DNA of 64,000 nt, from positions 1,152,001 to 1,216,000 of the forward strand of contig OY970223.1 in the NCBI GenBank assembly GCA_963714015.1, given 5' to 3'. Origin of the DNA: Vulcanimicrobiota bacterium. GTDB taxonomy: Bacteria > Vulcanimicrobiota > Vulcanimicrobiia > Vulcanimicrobiales > Vulcanimicrobiaceae. Below, one piece after another: positions 9,259 through 20,887 of this stretch. The notes beneath the pieces were generated by a model. It searched no databases and was not told the DNA's origin. It saw only the letters and a list, made by a program, of their open reading frames with translations. The position numbers and the translations under genes were made by a program. Each line of letters starts with the position of its first letter. The first letter of the stretch is position 1.

Positions 9259-11962
9259 GTGCGCCATGAGGCCGTCGCGGTGATCGTACGACCCGTCCTT
9301 TGCCGTCCGTTCGTCGGCCGGCGCCCCGAACTTGCGTATCTTCGGGAACGGCGGCTCGAAGCGGGCGCTTCGCGCGGCAGTCTGGTCTTCATCGCGGGAG
9401 ACGCGGGGCTTGGCAAGTCTCGTCTTATCGCGGAGTTCAGCCAGAGCTTTGGCCTATTCTCGTTGGCGGATCGCGCGCGGGCCGTGCCGCGAGTTCGGCG
9501 GCCGTCCATACGGTCCGATCTTGGATGCGCTTTCGAGTGTCGATCGCGGCGCCGCGCAGATAACGCCGGCCGAATCCAAGCGTCAATACTTCGAAGCAAT
9601 CATCGAAGGCTTTGCGCACATCGCCTCGCGCCAAGCGTTGGTCATCATCATTGAGGACTTGCATTGGGCCGACGCAGCGACGCTGGATCTCCTGGCGTAT
9701 CTCGGATCGCAAGTGCACCGAATGCGCGTTCTCGTGCTCGCGTCGTTTCGTCCGGGCGACCTGCATGCCGGACATCCGGCAGCCGCCGGAATCGAGAAAG
9801 TAGGCCACGCAGCCCGCGCGGGCCGCGTCGATCTCGGTCCCCTCCAAGGGCGTCGAACTGCGCACGTTCATCGACGAGGCCCTTTCCGGTTTCACCTTGG
9901 GCCGGAAGAAAAAGCGGGCCATTGCCCTGGCAGGCGAAGGCAACCCGTTCTTTACCGAGAGAGCTGCTCAAGAACGCAGTTCAGGAAGCAGCAGAAAATC
10001 AACAATGCGACGACGACGGCCGAGTACCGCACAGCGTACGCACCACGCTGCTCGAGCGATTGCGTCCGTTCGAAAGTGACGACCGCCGAATCGTAACGCA
10101 GGCAGCCGTAATCGGCCGGACCTTCTCGCTCGACCTTCTCGCCGACGTCATCGGCACCGAGCCGGACCTTCTCGTTCCGGCACTGCGGCGCGCTCGCGAT
10201 TTTCAGCTGATCGAGGAACTCGCGCCGAGTCTGTTTCGCTTCCGGCATGGTCTTACGCGCGAAGCGATCTGCAGCGAGTTTCTTCGCACCGAATTGCGGC
10301 CGCTTCATCGCCGAATCGCGGTCAGTTTAGAGAACGCACTCACCGGCGAACGGTCGGTCGAAGCGCTCGCGTATCATTGGTGGGCCGCGGGCGACGACGA
10401 GTGTATCGTCCGGTGATAACGAATTGGCAGGCGATGCCGCACGCCAAGTATTTGCGACGACAATGCTATCGCATTTTACGAGCGCGCGTTGGAATCGAGG
10501 AAGGTCGAACCAATCGTGCAAGGTTCAATTTTAGAGAACATTGCCAATCTGCGATTGTGTCAGCATGGCTGAAGAAGGTCCGGCGACCGTATTCTCCGGT
10601 GGTGTACGTCTTCAAGGCTGCGCGGACCGTTCAAGCGGGAAGCGGTGTGAAGCACTAGTGGCGATGACTGCCTACAGAGCGATCTTGCCGGTAGGAGTGC
10701 TTCACTCGAACAAATGCTCGAACGTTTGGAGCCCGGCGAATATCTCGCTCGCGCTCGGCTTCATCTGGGCATCGCCTGGATTGCGCAGGCGTTGCGTTTT
10801 CCGTCGCGCGCAAGCGTCGCATCTCGCTCTGGTCGATCCTCGCGCCGCGGGGATGCGGCCGCGTTCGGTGCGGTATCACAACGTCGCAGCGCGTCACGCT
10901 GCGGCGCTCGGAGATGAGCAGGGTTTTCGCCGCGAGCAGCGGCTTGGCACGATCCAGCGCGCTCGCACGGCGCGGCGCGATACCGGCGTTTAATACAATG
11001 GAGCGGAGTTCTTCCCATCCTTCGGTTTCATGAAGAAGCGCGTCGAAAATATTCGCAAAGCGCTGGACGTCGCGCGCGAAAAGAAAGCCGGCACGTCGAA
11101 GAGGCACCTACGCCACGGCGGCGCTGGCCACAAATGAGCGGCGATTGGCAAGCGGCCCGCACTGCGGTCGAATCGGTTTCCACGACGTCCGATAACCGTG
11201 TCAATATCACGTTTCGACGGCTGCGGGAACCGCCGTTGGAACGTATCTCGGCGATGAGGCTTTGATCGAAAAATGGTGCGACGGATCGAAGATACGATGA
11301 CAATCGCTCCCGAGATCGAATGCGGGCACGGTTTCGCGGAAGTTCTCGTTCGCAGAGGCCGTCACAAGGATGCGCAGCGGCTGCTGCATCGCGTACTCCC
11401 AAAATGCGAAGTAGTGCGGGGAGAGGTTCTGATGCTGCTCGCGATAGCGCGGTACGGAGCGACGGAAGATCGTGTTCAGGCACGCGAATATCTCGCGCGC
11501 GCCGGCGAGATGGGTGATTCGCTCGAGCGTTGCGCGTTGGCGCTCTTCGATGCGATCTGCGCAGACGATCGCGAAAGCGCGCCGCGTTTGGCCTTTGAAG
11601 CAGCCGAGGGTTTCAAGCGTTTCCGAACGCCGCTTCTGGAAGCCGCCGCGCGCGAAATCGCCGGAGACCTCGATTCAGCCCTCGCGTTGTACCGTCGCTG
11701 CAGCGCCGCATACCACGTGCGTCGGCTCGAAGGAACCCGTCCGACCGGCAGCGATGCGCTCGCATCGCACGATTCTCCCGAGTTTTCGGAATTTTCTGCA
11801 CGTGAACGTGAAATCGTCGTGCTGGCCGCGAACGGCGAATCCAATTTAGAGATCGCACGCAGCCTTTCAATTAGTCATAAAACCGTCGAAAAGCACCTTG
11901 GCGCGGCCTATCAAAAGCTCGGCGTCTCCTCGCGGCGACAACTACGGTCCTACGTTAAGTAG
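9259..11962 (+). CDS. AAA-ATPase (STAND)/LuxR-HTH transcriptional regulator, multiple frameshifts
   Basis: FVGRR.EL, GDAGLGKS (Walker A), IIEDLHWAD (Walker B), GNPFF, C-terminal SAREREIV..SNLEIA..ISHKTVEKHL; colinear with 21821..24514. Confidence 0.88.
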
Positions 11963-11965
11963 AAA

Positions 11966-12011
11966 GTAGGGTCGCCCACCCATACCGCGGCACGCGCCGC
12001 TCCCGTACGAT
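11966..12011 (+). promoter_or_regulatory. Conserved box + -10 upstream of PQQ beta-propeller gene 1
   Basis: GTAGGGTCGCCCACCCAT (11966-11983), 22 nt, TACGAT (12006-12011). Confidence 0.7.
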
Positions 12012-12046
12012 GGCCTGGAACCGCTACTGTCGTGGCACCGGCCACC

Positions 12047-13449
12047 ATGAAGGGAGCATTCGCTGTGAGGCGAATCTTACAAAAAATCGCAACAACCACG
12101 GTCCTGCTCGGATTTCCCGCACTTGCAGCCGGCTGCTCGCCGGGCGGTGCCGGGGGCACACCGGTGACCCCCGCGTCGATCCAACTCTCGCCGCGAACCT
12201 TTGCGGCGCAAACGGCGAACTTCTCTCCGGCCCCGGTACTGCGCCATGGCCGCAATTCGGCTACGGGGCCGGCCATACCGGATTCAATCCGCTCGAGACG
12301 ACCATCACCACTCAGAACGTTTCGAACCTACAGGTGGCCTGGAACGATCAGTCGATCGTTCAAGCCGGCGGAATCGTTGTGGACGGCGGCGTCGCCTACG
12401 TCGATGACATGGGCCAATCCAACGCGGGGCTTTATGCGCTTGACGCAACGACGGGCGCGCAGAAGTGGTATGCAAACGTCAGACTCAACGGCGCGTGGGG
12501 CAACTTCACGCATGCGGTTTCGGCGATTTCCGGCAGTATCGTGGTGACACCGTGCAGCAACGGCTCATCCACGGCGTTCCTCACCGGGCTCTGCGGCGTC
12601 AGCGTGACAACCGGTAAGATTATGTGGCGGAGATACTGCACGGAATATCAAGGCAATCCGTGCGGCGGTCTGGTCGGCGGCGGTTCATCTCCGACCCTGT
12701 ATGACGGACGCATCTTTTTTCAGAGCACGCAAGGCGTGAACGAACAGCCCGATACCCAAGCACTCAATCCGAGCACCGGCAAGATCCTTTGGGATGATGC
12801 CGGCGTGTACCGCTGCCCGGACGCCGGCGAATCGAGCTCCGATCCGCTGCCGGCCGGAAACGGACTGGTTTATGCGGTTCTGGGTTGCCAAGGACAGAAC
12901 GGCGCGACCGAACTCTGCGCGTTATCTACGGCGAGCGGAGCCGCCGCGTGGTGCGATCCATCGCAGCCTTACGTCCAGAACATGATCCTTGCCAAGGGCG
13001 AGCTCTACGTGACGGAACAGGGCAATAATGACGAAGTCGTGCTGGCGCTCAACGCGAAAACCGGCGCACAGTCGTGGACCGCGTCGCTGCCGGGCGCAAA
13101 TGGATGGGGCTCGATGGCCACCGCCGGCACAACGCTTTACGTTGAGGACGGCGGAGCCGGTGTGTTCGCACTGGGAACGGCCACGGGTCAGACGCTGTGG
13201 AGTCAGACGTCGAACGCGAATCTGTACGACGGGGGCGTTATCTCGGTCGCAAACGGCATCGTGTACACCGACGGCGGCGGCGGCAACAACGGCAATTACG
13301 CGATCGATGCGTTCAATGCAGCAACCGGCAGCCTTATCTGGTCGAGCAGCGCTATTGGAAACGGCGCTGCGGAAATGACGCCGGTGATCGTCAACGGCAC
13401 CGTGTACGCCGGCTGCTACACCGTGTGCGCCTTCAGGGTAACGGCCTGA
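12047..13449 (+). CDS. PQQ-binding-like beta-propeller lipoprotein (frameshift near 12240)
   Basis: Lipobox LAAGC; WPQFGY..GHTGFNP.E..I...NV.NL; repeated ALDA.TG..W. Confidence 0.88.
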
Positions 13450-14170
13450 TCGCTCGTCATCGGATTGCGGATCATGCAACTCACGATGCTTAGGCCCGCT
13501 GAATCTTTTATAGCGGAGCGCACATTTCGCGTTCTTGGAGGGAGGCCGGGCGGAGGCGCTGTAGGGTGTGCCTCGGCAAATTGAATGCCGGCCGTGCTCT
13601 TATCGAGAGGTCGCCGTTTGAAAATCCGGCCTCTCGCGTCTGCGCGCACGGAGCTCGTTGCGCGCGAGCAGGAACGCAACGTTCTTGCCGCGGCGCCGTG
13701 ATGCGGCCGACGCGCGTCTTAAGCGTTTCTGTGGCTGCGTTGGTAAACGCGGTGGTGAGCCTCACATTCCGCGCGCTCGACGAGCGATACGGCAAGAATT
13801 GGAGGGCGTCCGGCTCTTGCGGGGCGCTCCCCTCCATCGTTCCTTGCGGCGGCAGAGCAATGGCGGCGGGAAGGGGTATCGCGTAATCCGCATTCCCGGC
13901 TGATTTCGGTCAGAGTGTGGATTGCCGGTGGCCTCGGCTCTGCACGTCTTTTGCTAATGCTAGATATCAACGTGATGGTCACCGTTCCGGTTATCGGAAG
14001 GGCTCCGATTAGGTAAAGGGATTCCACAAGCCCTGTACCATTCTGCTGCATTGGAACGTGGCGCAAAAGCGCCAGATCTATTTGCCTTCATAGGTCTGAC
14101 GGCAGCCTTTCGCGGGCTGCTCTTTGAAGAAGGCCAGACGCTCCGGTCGTTCGGTTATAGAGGAGGTTTT

Positions 14171-15160
14171 ATGGCAAGTATTATCGTGCCGTCCGATGAG
14201 AATGGCCTCATTCTGGATCCCGCCGTAAATAACATTATTAGTCAAGCCGTAAATGTTCAACCCTTCGGGTTCGAAGACGTCATCGTGTTTTCTCACGGGT
14301 GGTCTACGAATGCCGATAGCGCAATGGATGATTACGCTATCTTTTCAATTGGCCTTGCACGGACTATGTTGTTGGCGGGCACCGCCACGCCCGGGATTTT
14401 GCCTAGTCCGCCCAGATCGTCTCTCGACATCGGCATTCATTGGCCATCGGAAATCACGGAGGACTCCAGTAGCCCGCTCACTGCTCTGCAGCTATTTACG
14501 TTCTACAAAATGGAACACCGCGCCGATGCTGTCGGCAAGAACCTTGTCTATAGCGTGCTCCGTATTGCTCTTCAAGCTCGTCAGACATCCGGACCGGTGC
14601 GATTCTTATTGCTTGGTCACAGTTTCGGTTGCAAAGTCATCTGCTCCGCGCTCCAAGATCTGGCGATCGATATCTTAGATAATAGCCTCACGGTCCCGGA
14701 CGGATCGACTTGGCGAGTTGTTCTCTTGGAACCGGCGACTGATTATGACAACCTTGAGCCAAACGATATCTACGGATCCCTCAGGGAGATCGCAAGTTTG
14801 CGATTGCTCATCACCACCTCCCAAGAAGATAGGGCACTCAGCCAATGGTACCTGGACGCGGCTCGTATCGCGAATCTTTTTCACGCGCAAGACCCAACGC
14901 CGGCGCTCGGCGCCGTGGGCCCGTCGAAAGACACCGTAGCGGCTTTTGGCGGCGTGGACGCCATAGCGGTCAATACCGACTTCACTATACCTATGATTAC
15001 TGCGACGACACATCAGTTAGTCATCGCCGACCTTACGCCGGTACATCAGGCGCGTCTAGCATGTGTCCCACCTTCATACGCAGGTGGTTTATCCGGTTCG
15101 CATTCCGACATTTATTTTGAGCAAATCTATAATCTCGTTGGGGGCTTTCTGTTCTCTTAA
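14171..15160 (+). CDS. Alpha/beta hydrolase-fold protein
   Basis: AGGAGG RBS; VFSHGW, IHWPS, nucleophile elbow GHSFG, C-terminal HSDIY; lower GC than neighbours. Confidence 0.75.
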   Translation: MASIIVPSDENGLILDPAVNNIISQAVNVQPFGFEDVIVFSHGWSTNADSAMDDYAIFSIGLARTMLLAGTATPGILPSPPRSSLDIGIHWPSEITEDSSSPLTALQLFTFYKMEHRADAVGKNLVYSVLRIALQARQTSGPVRFLLLGHSFGCKVICSALQDLAIDILDNSLTVPDGSTWRVVLLEPATDYDNLEPNDIYGSLREIASLRLLITTSQEDRALSQWYLDAARIANLFHAQDPTPALGAVGPSKDTVAAFGGVDAIAVNTDFTIPMITATTHQLVIADLTPVHQARLACVPPSYAGGLSGSHSDIYFEQIYNLVGGFLFS

Positions 15161-15579
15161 AACTACTTGTTGCAAATCACGGTGAACGAGATGCCATTAG
15201 TGCTGTCGCTCACGTTCCTGTGGCTTGCAGTGCTAAACGCCGTGCGGCATCGCGCTCCGTTGATTCCGAGCGCCCAAAACGGCCGTAAAGCTGCGGGCGA
15301 GAAATTGCAAGAATCGCCGCTACTGGAACTCCGCGCTCGATCGATTCGTTCAAAGCAATCCGCCGCTAGCGACAGATCGCCCGGGCGTTATTGCGCCGAA
15401 ACAGCGCGAGATCCCAATAGCGCCGATTGGCGCTATTTATATTCATCGTTCGGGATCGGTATCGCGACGAAAAATTGCGCGCTGATGCCCTTGACCAGAA
15501 AATAGACGTGTTGCTCGCGGGCGCCGCAGTTCCAAGGGAGTTTCGGCTGGCGCTACCTGCGCCCGTGGCCCAAACCAGC

Positions 15580-15794
15580 GGCATGATGCCGAAGTGTTCG
15601 GCGGGATGATCGTCTCGACCGTACTCAATCTTATTTTCGTGCCCGTGCTGTACGTGACGTTCGCAGCAATGCGCAAGCGCGCGACGTTACAAGTCGCGTA
15701 CTCCGGCTCGCATGCCGCGCCTGGTAACGGAGCCAAGGTTCACAGTGAGAGCGGCGCTGCCGCGAACTTCATCTCCGGCGGGGAGGTGGACTGA
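15580..15794 (+). pseudogene. C-terminal remnant of RND efflux permease
   Basis: VFGGMIVSTVLNLIFVPVLY matches the last TM of the AcrB family; no upstream part. Confidence 0.7.
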
Positions 15795-16096
15795 GCGATG
15801 TTCTCGGCGCATCAACAAAATTATTTCATCGCTGGGGTGTGCTTGTGGGAGCAGCCGCCGCACAAAAAAGCCGCATAGGCACATTCGCCTCCCGTTCCGC
15901 GGACAGCGCGAAAGGCGCCAAGAGTTCGTACGAGCTTCATGCTGAGCGCTCCCTATAAGCAGTGTGTTTGCTCTAAGGTGCGCCCGCCGGGCGCCCGCGT
16001 ACTGCGAGGAACCACCACTTTTACGGTTAGCGCGTCGTGACGCACCCTACGGGTGGCACGCCGTCAAGGTCGAAGGCTCCCGCAGAGGGACACGCC

Positions 16097-17893
16097 ATGT
16101 TAGGTACCGTCGCCCAACCGCTTTCTCCAAGCCGGCATTCGTCGCGGACGAGCGCAACACGCTCGCTCCTTGCCGTAATAATGCTGGTCGCAACGATTCT
16201 GTTCGTGTTGTTCGACAGCGCGGCATTGATTACGGTCTGGAAAGGATGGATTCAATACCAGGGCGTTGATTTTACGCAGCAAGGCGCAAGGGTCGTTGTC
16301 GCCGACGTCACGGACCCAACGTTGTATCGGCGCGGCGTGCGGCCCGGACAAACGATCGGCTGGCGCGGGCGCTCCGAGTGGCGCGCGGCGTTTCCGCGGC
16401 CGGGTGACACCGTGCAAGTGAATACCCCTTCCGGCCGCGTACCGGTTCGCGCGGCGTATCAGCGTTTTTCGCCGGCCCTTGCCGCTGTTGCGCTAATCAG
16501 CATTTTGGGCGCCATCGCGGTGCTGATCTTCGCCGGCATTCTGTGCTACCGAAAACCGGGCATCCTAACGATAGCGTTCTGGTTGTTCGTTGCCACGGAC
16601 TTCAACGTCGGGTGGCTCATGAACGTGTACGCTCAAGCACCCGAACCTGCAGGCTACGTTCTCGTCCTGTTCGTCCTGGCGGTCCTTGGTGGTTGGGGGT
16701 ATTATCCGCTCGTGTGGTTTGCGCTGCGCTTTCCCGACGATCGCATTAACGGCAGGGCAATGCGCATTGCAGACTACTGCTGGACGGCGATAAGCGTAAT
16801 AGCACTGGCGTGGTTCCTCTACGATCTCTCGCGCGCGACGTTCCCGGGAGCGAGCCCCAGCGTGCCGATGCAGAACCAATTTTGGCGCTATACGCTTCCG
16901 CAAAACATTCCGAATGTCACCGCGCTCGTGGCGTTTCTTTGGGTGTACGGGCGCTCTACCGAAGCGGCGCGGCAACGCGCACTGTGGGCGATCGTCGGTT
17001 TTATGTTGATGATCGCGTTCGAGACGATTGGCAACTTCGCGTCGGAAATTGCGCCCGGACTCTATCTTATCGGCAACATCGCCCTCATGCTCGCAGCCTT
17101 CTGCCCTCTCGCGCTCGTGTATGCCGTGCTGCGTCATCACCTCCTGGACATCTCGTTCGTCGTGAACCGAGCCCTCGTGTACACGGCGCTAACGGCGCTC
17201 ATCGTGCTCGTCGTCGGCTTCGTGGACTGGCTGGCGGGCAAGTACCTGTTCGAGACGCGTGCCGCTTTAGCAGTGGAAGCGACCGCGATCATCGGTCTGG
17301 GTTTTTTGCTGCAGCGCGTTCACGGTGCGCTGGAACGTGCGGTCGATCGCCTTATTTTTGCATCCCGTCATTCGGCGGAACGCCATATTGAACGAGTTAT
17401 CGCCGGGCTCGCCTTCGCGCAGACGCATAATGCGATCTTGAGAGCGCTTGTAGAAGAGCCGCGCGTTGCGCTGGATCTCACCTCTTGCGGCATATTCATC
17501 GACGGTGCCGCCGCTTTCACGCTCAGGTTCGAATCGGGCTGGACGATTGACGAGGGCGCAAAAATCGAAAGCGACGACCCGTTAGCGCGATTACTGCATT
17601 CGGAGCGGCGGCCCATCAGCATCGCAGAGGCGCATTGGCAGCCGACGATCGGGGGCCTTGCCGCCGGAACTTTGGATATTGCAATGCCGCTCTTTTCGCG
17701 CAATCATCTGCTCGGCATGGCGCTCTACGGAAGGCACCGCAACGGATCCGCAATCGATCCCGAAGAGCGCAATCTCCTGTACCGCCTCTGCGAAGCTGCG
17801 GCGGTTGCTTACGAAGCAGTCGAACTCAGCCGTGCGCGCGAAGAAGTCGCAGCGCTGCGTTCGCAGCTTGCAGTTCGCCTTCCGGCGGAGTGA
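16097..17893 (+). CDS. Multi-TM membrane protein with C-terminal GAF-like domain
   Basis: FALRFP, YAVLRHHLLDI..V.NRALVY, PLFSRNHLLGMALYG.HRNG..IDPEE..LL..L; paralog of 27144..28823. Confidence 0.8.
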   Translation: MLGTVAQPLSPSRHSSRTSATRSLLAVIMLVATILFVLFDSAALITVWKGWIQYQGVDFTQQGARVVVADVTDPTLYRRGVRPGQTIGWRGRSEWRAAFPRPGDTVQVNTPSGRVPVRAAYQRFSPALAAVALISILGAIAVLIFAGILCYRKPGILTIAFWLFVATDFNVGWLMNVYAQAPEPAGYVLVLFVLAVLGGWGYYPLVWFALRFPDDRINGRAMRIADYCWTAISVIALAWFLYDLSRATFPGASPSVPMQNQFWRYTLPQNIPNVTALVAFLWVYGRSTEAARQRALWAIVGFMLMIAFETIGNFASEIAPGLYLIGNIALMLAAFCPLALVYAVLRHHLLDISFVVNRALVYTALTALIVLVVGFVDWLAGKYLFETRAALAVEATAIIGLGFLLQRVHGALERAVDRLIFASRHSAERHIERVIAGLAFAQTHNAILRALVEEPRVALDLTSCGIFIDGAAAFTLRFESGWTIDEGAKIESDDPLARLLHSERRPISIAEAHWQPTIGGLAAGTLDIAMPLFSRNHLLGMALYGRHRNGSAIDPEERNLLYRLCEAAAVAYEAVELSRAREEVAALRSQLAVRLPAE

Positions 17894-17919
17894 CGGCCGC
17901 TCCACGGTAAAAGAGTCCG

Positions 17920-18450
17920 CTAAGGTGCGCTCGGCGAGGGAATGTCCGCGGTCTTCAGATTGATGCGAAAGGCAGGACCGGCCGGACCACCCTGATCCAC
18001 AAGCAGAACCTTCGTCGGCGAATAATCGGCCGGTAATACGAATTGCATGGTTTCCCGCGCCGCGGCGCCCGGTTGCAGCGAGTAGAATGCGCTGTAGACG
18101 GTCACCGGTTTACCGTCAACGACCACGCCGTCAGCATCCGCGAGCGATCCCGCAAAGTAGCCGGTGCGTTCGGATTTTGTGCCGTTGGAGACTAACCAGG
18201 ACAGCACGATAGCGCGCTGGCCGGTCACAGGCGTGAATTCCGCCGCAGTTGAGGGTCTTATCGCCATCTTTCGAATACGAATTTTTCCGTTGAACAACGT
18301 CGACGAAAGACTTCCACTTACTCCTGAAAGTTGATTTGCGCCGCCGGGAATGGGCTTAGGGGTGGCGGAGACGCCCGGCTGCGCGCTTGAGAGCACGAGC
18401 CCAATCGTGGCAAAGCTAAAAAGCATTGCGAGAGCAATAGTGTTTTTCAT
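17920..18450 (-). CDS. Hypothetical secreted protein (Ig-like/DUF4352-like)
   Basis: Signal peptide; L.DADG...LQPGAA...F.LP pattern. Confidence 0.6.
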   Translation of the reverse strand: MKNTIALAMLFSFATIGLVLSSAQPGVSATPKPIPGGANQLSGVSGSLSSTLFNGKIRIRKMAIRPSTAAEFTPVTGQRAIVLSWLVSNGTKSERTGYFAGSLADADGVVVDGKPVTVYSAFYSLQPGAAARETMQFVLPADYSPTKVLLVDQGGPAGPAFRINLKTADIPSPSAP

Positions 18451-18569
18451 GAGCTCACCCTAACAGGGCAATCTTCCGGAAGCAATGAGCCAAAATGCTG
18501 ACTCACCGGAGTGAGACGCGTGCGCTTGCCCGCTTACGCTGGGGCCCGCGTAAGGTCTTGCACGTCACC

Positions 18570-19616
18570 TTATTGCGCCGGCTCGGATGTGAGCACCATG
18601 CGGAATCGCGCTTTCCCGCTCAACATGCGCTCGTAGGCCTCTTGCGCGCGTTCGAGCGGCATCGTTTCGACCAGCGGCCGCACACCGGTAAGGACCGCGA
18701 ACCGCATCGTTTCTTCCGAATCGACGCACGTTCCGGAAGGCCAGCCTTTAATCGAAAGCCGCCCGCCGATCATTGTCGCTGTATTCAGTTGCATCGGTTC
18801 GTGCGCCGCGCCGAGCACCAACATCTCACCGTCGATGCGCAATCCGCCGAATGCCGCTTCCATCGCTTTGGCGGACGTCGCCGTGAACGCGATGACCTTC
18901 GCGCCGCCGAGCCGCTGCAGTTCCGCCGCAACGTCCGCCCACGTGGAGTCGATGTAATGATGCGCGCCCAATTCGCGCGCCAGCGCCGCTTTGTCTTCAC
19001 CGCGCGCGATGCCGACGGTCTCAAATCCCATCTTTGCCGCGAATTGAATCGCCAGATGTCCTAAGCCGCCAATGCCGAGCACCGCAACGAGATCTCCGGC
19101 GCGTGCCGGCGAATGGCGCAGTGAGTTATAGGTCGTGACGCCCGCGCACATCAGCGGCGCCGCTTGGGCCGCGGAGAGGTCGTCCGGGATGCGTGCGAGT
19201 GCGACGGCCGGAGCGATAACATACTGCGAATATCCGCCGTCGTAAGCGAAACCGGGAATCTGCAAATTTCGGCACGCGAGAAAATCGCCGCGACGGCAGC
19301 GATCGCACGTGCCGTCGTGACCGCCGTGCCATCCGACGCCGGCGCGATCGGCGATCTTCCAACCGGAAACGCCGTCGCCGAGCGCATCGATGGTTCCGGC
19401 AATCTCATGACCCGGCGCGCGCGGAAAGACGATGGCCGGCCAAGCGTTATTGACCGCCATGAAATCGCTGTGGCAGATTCCGCACGCGTCGACTCGGATG
19501 CGCACAGTGCCTGGTGAAGGCTGTGGTATAGGGAGTTCGTACCGTTCGAGGCGATGGTCGTCCGCCGACGGCACGCGCATCGCGAGCATGGTCCTCGTTG
19601 CTGATTGAGTAGGCAT
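18570..19616 (-). CDS. Zinc-dependent alcohol dehydrogenase (AdhP-like)
   Basis: CGICHSD, PGHEIAG, CDRCRRG, APLMCAGVT, GIGGLG, GKARFRMVL. Confidence 0.95.
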   Translation of the reverse strand: MPTQSATRTMLAMRVPSADDHRLERYELPIPQPSPGTVRIRVDACGICHSDFMAVNNAWPAIVFPRAPGHEIAGTIDALGDGVSGWKIADRAGVGWHGGHDGTCDRCRRGDFLACRNLQIPGFAYDGGYSQYVIAPAVALARIPDDLSAAQAAPLMCAGVTTYNSLRHSPARAGDLVAVLGIGGLGHLAIQFAAKMGFETVGIARGEDKAALARELGAHHYIDSTWADVAAELQRLGGAKVIAFTATSAKAMEAAFGGLRIDGEMLVLGAAHEPMQLNTATMIGGRLSIKGWPSGTCVDSEETMRFAVLTGVRPLVETMPLERAQEAYERMLSGKARFRMVLTSEPAQ

Positions 19617-19710
19617 GGCCTCATCAACCGTCGCCCATCACCGGCGGTTTCATGCCATGCTCGCGTGTACGATACTTCGCAACCACGAGTAGCGCCGTCC
19701 GAGTATTACC

Positions 19711-19922
19711 GCTATTGATACGTTAACAGATCCGGCCGCGGCGAAAACCGCATCGCGTCGGCAGCGGAGAACATGTCGACATCCTGATGATAGAACAGCT
19801 TTAGTCCGATGAACGCGCCATGGCGGTCCTCGCTTAAGAGTCGATACTTACTCATCTTTCCGGCGCGCGATCCGAATCCGTCGACGTGACTCGGCTGCAC
19901 GTCGAGAATCAGCAGACCGTGT
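19711..19922 (-). pseudogene. Internally deleted partial duplicate of gene 20888..21772
   Basis: 19711-19889 matches 20887-21065 (10 substitutions by manual count); 19892-19922 matches 21353-21383. Confidence 0.85.
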
Positions 19923-20088
19923 AGCCTATGAAATGTGGACACTACGTACAAGGCGGCGGTTCAAACGACTACCCGCCGCGATGTCGTCTTAGTGCGCGCA
20001 CCGCAGCCTGAGTCCCGCGGTCCTGGGCGGCCCGCTTCATGGACTTTCACCCTAAGGATTAACCACCGCGGAGCAGGAATTCCACCGC

Positions 20089-20769
20089 GTGCGCGACTTT
20101 CGACAAGCGCGGGAACGGCGTCGTTTCTACTTGGAGCGCGGCATGAAGCGGACTCCGCGGGGAGCAGGCAGCGACCTGACGTTCCTTATGACGCTCCCTT
20201 TGGCGGAGGTAGAATTGCGTCCTGAAGACTTCGGAGACGTTCCGGCATTGGTCGTTGGCGGTGTGGCGGCGCGCGCATATGCGCCGGAGCGGCACACCAA
20301 GGACATCAATTTCCTAATTGAGCACGAGCGATTCCCTGACGCGAAAGCGCGGCTACGCGGCCTGGGATATTGCTTTCTGCGTTCGCTCGCGTTTCCAAAT
20401 ACGGGATTAGGTCTCTATGGCGAGGCGTACTCGAAAGAGCAAGTAGAAGTTGACATAATTTCGAGTCCGCAAGAATGGTGTCGGCAGGCCTTCCAGGGCC
20501 GTGTCGAAGACCGGACCGGATTGCGCGTTATTCCGCTAAGCTACTTTGTTCTCATGAAATTAGACTCCGCCCGAGGCGTGGATCAGGGTGATCTGACGCG
20601 CGTTTTGGGACGGCTAAATGAAAATGAAATAGAACAGTTGGTCGCGGTGACTGGAAAGTACTCGGCAGATCCTGAAATTGCGGAAGACGTGCGTCAATAC
20701 GCAGCCCTTGGCCGCTGGGAATTAGAATCTGAGCCGCAAGATCAGCAGGGTCGGCCTGGCGACAAATAA
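20089..20769 (+). CDS. Nucleotidyltransferase family protein (Pol-beta superfamily)
   Basis: VVGGVAARAYAPERHTKDINF, VDII, LMKL..ARG.DQGD. Confidence 0.75.
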   Translation: MRDFRQARERRRFYLERGMKRTPRGAGSDLTFLMTLPLAEVELRPEDFGDVPALVVGGVAARAYAPERHTKDINFLIEHERFPDAKARLRGLGYCFLRSLAFPNTGLGLYGEAYSKEQVEVDIISSPQEWCRQAFQGRVEDRTGLRVIPLSYFVLMKLDSARGVDQGDLTRVLGRLNENEIEQLVAVTGKYSADPEIAEDVRQYAALGRWELESEPQDQQGRPGDK

Positions 20770-20887
20770 ATCTTGCGCTTCTGTCCCATTTTGTGGTATC
20801 CAACCGGCGAACGGGCGCTGAAGCCGAATTGTTAATACTTCCATGCTCATCGACACCACCGCTAAGCCCGGGCTGAAGCATCTACGG

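Noticed and set aside
10414..10416. TGA in the regulator as another selenocysteine
   Set aside because: No Cys-equivalent position in the intact paralog (RYN) and no hairpin; better explained by an indel
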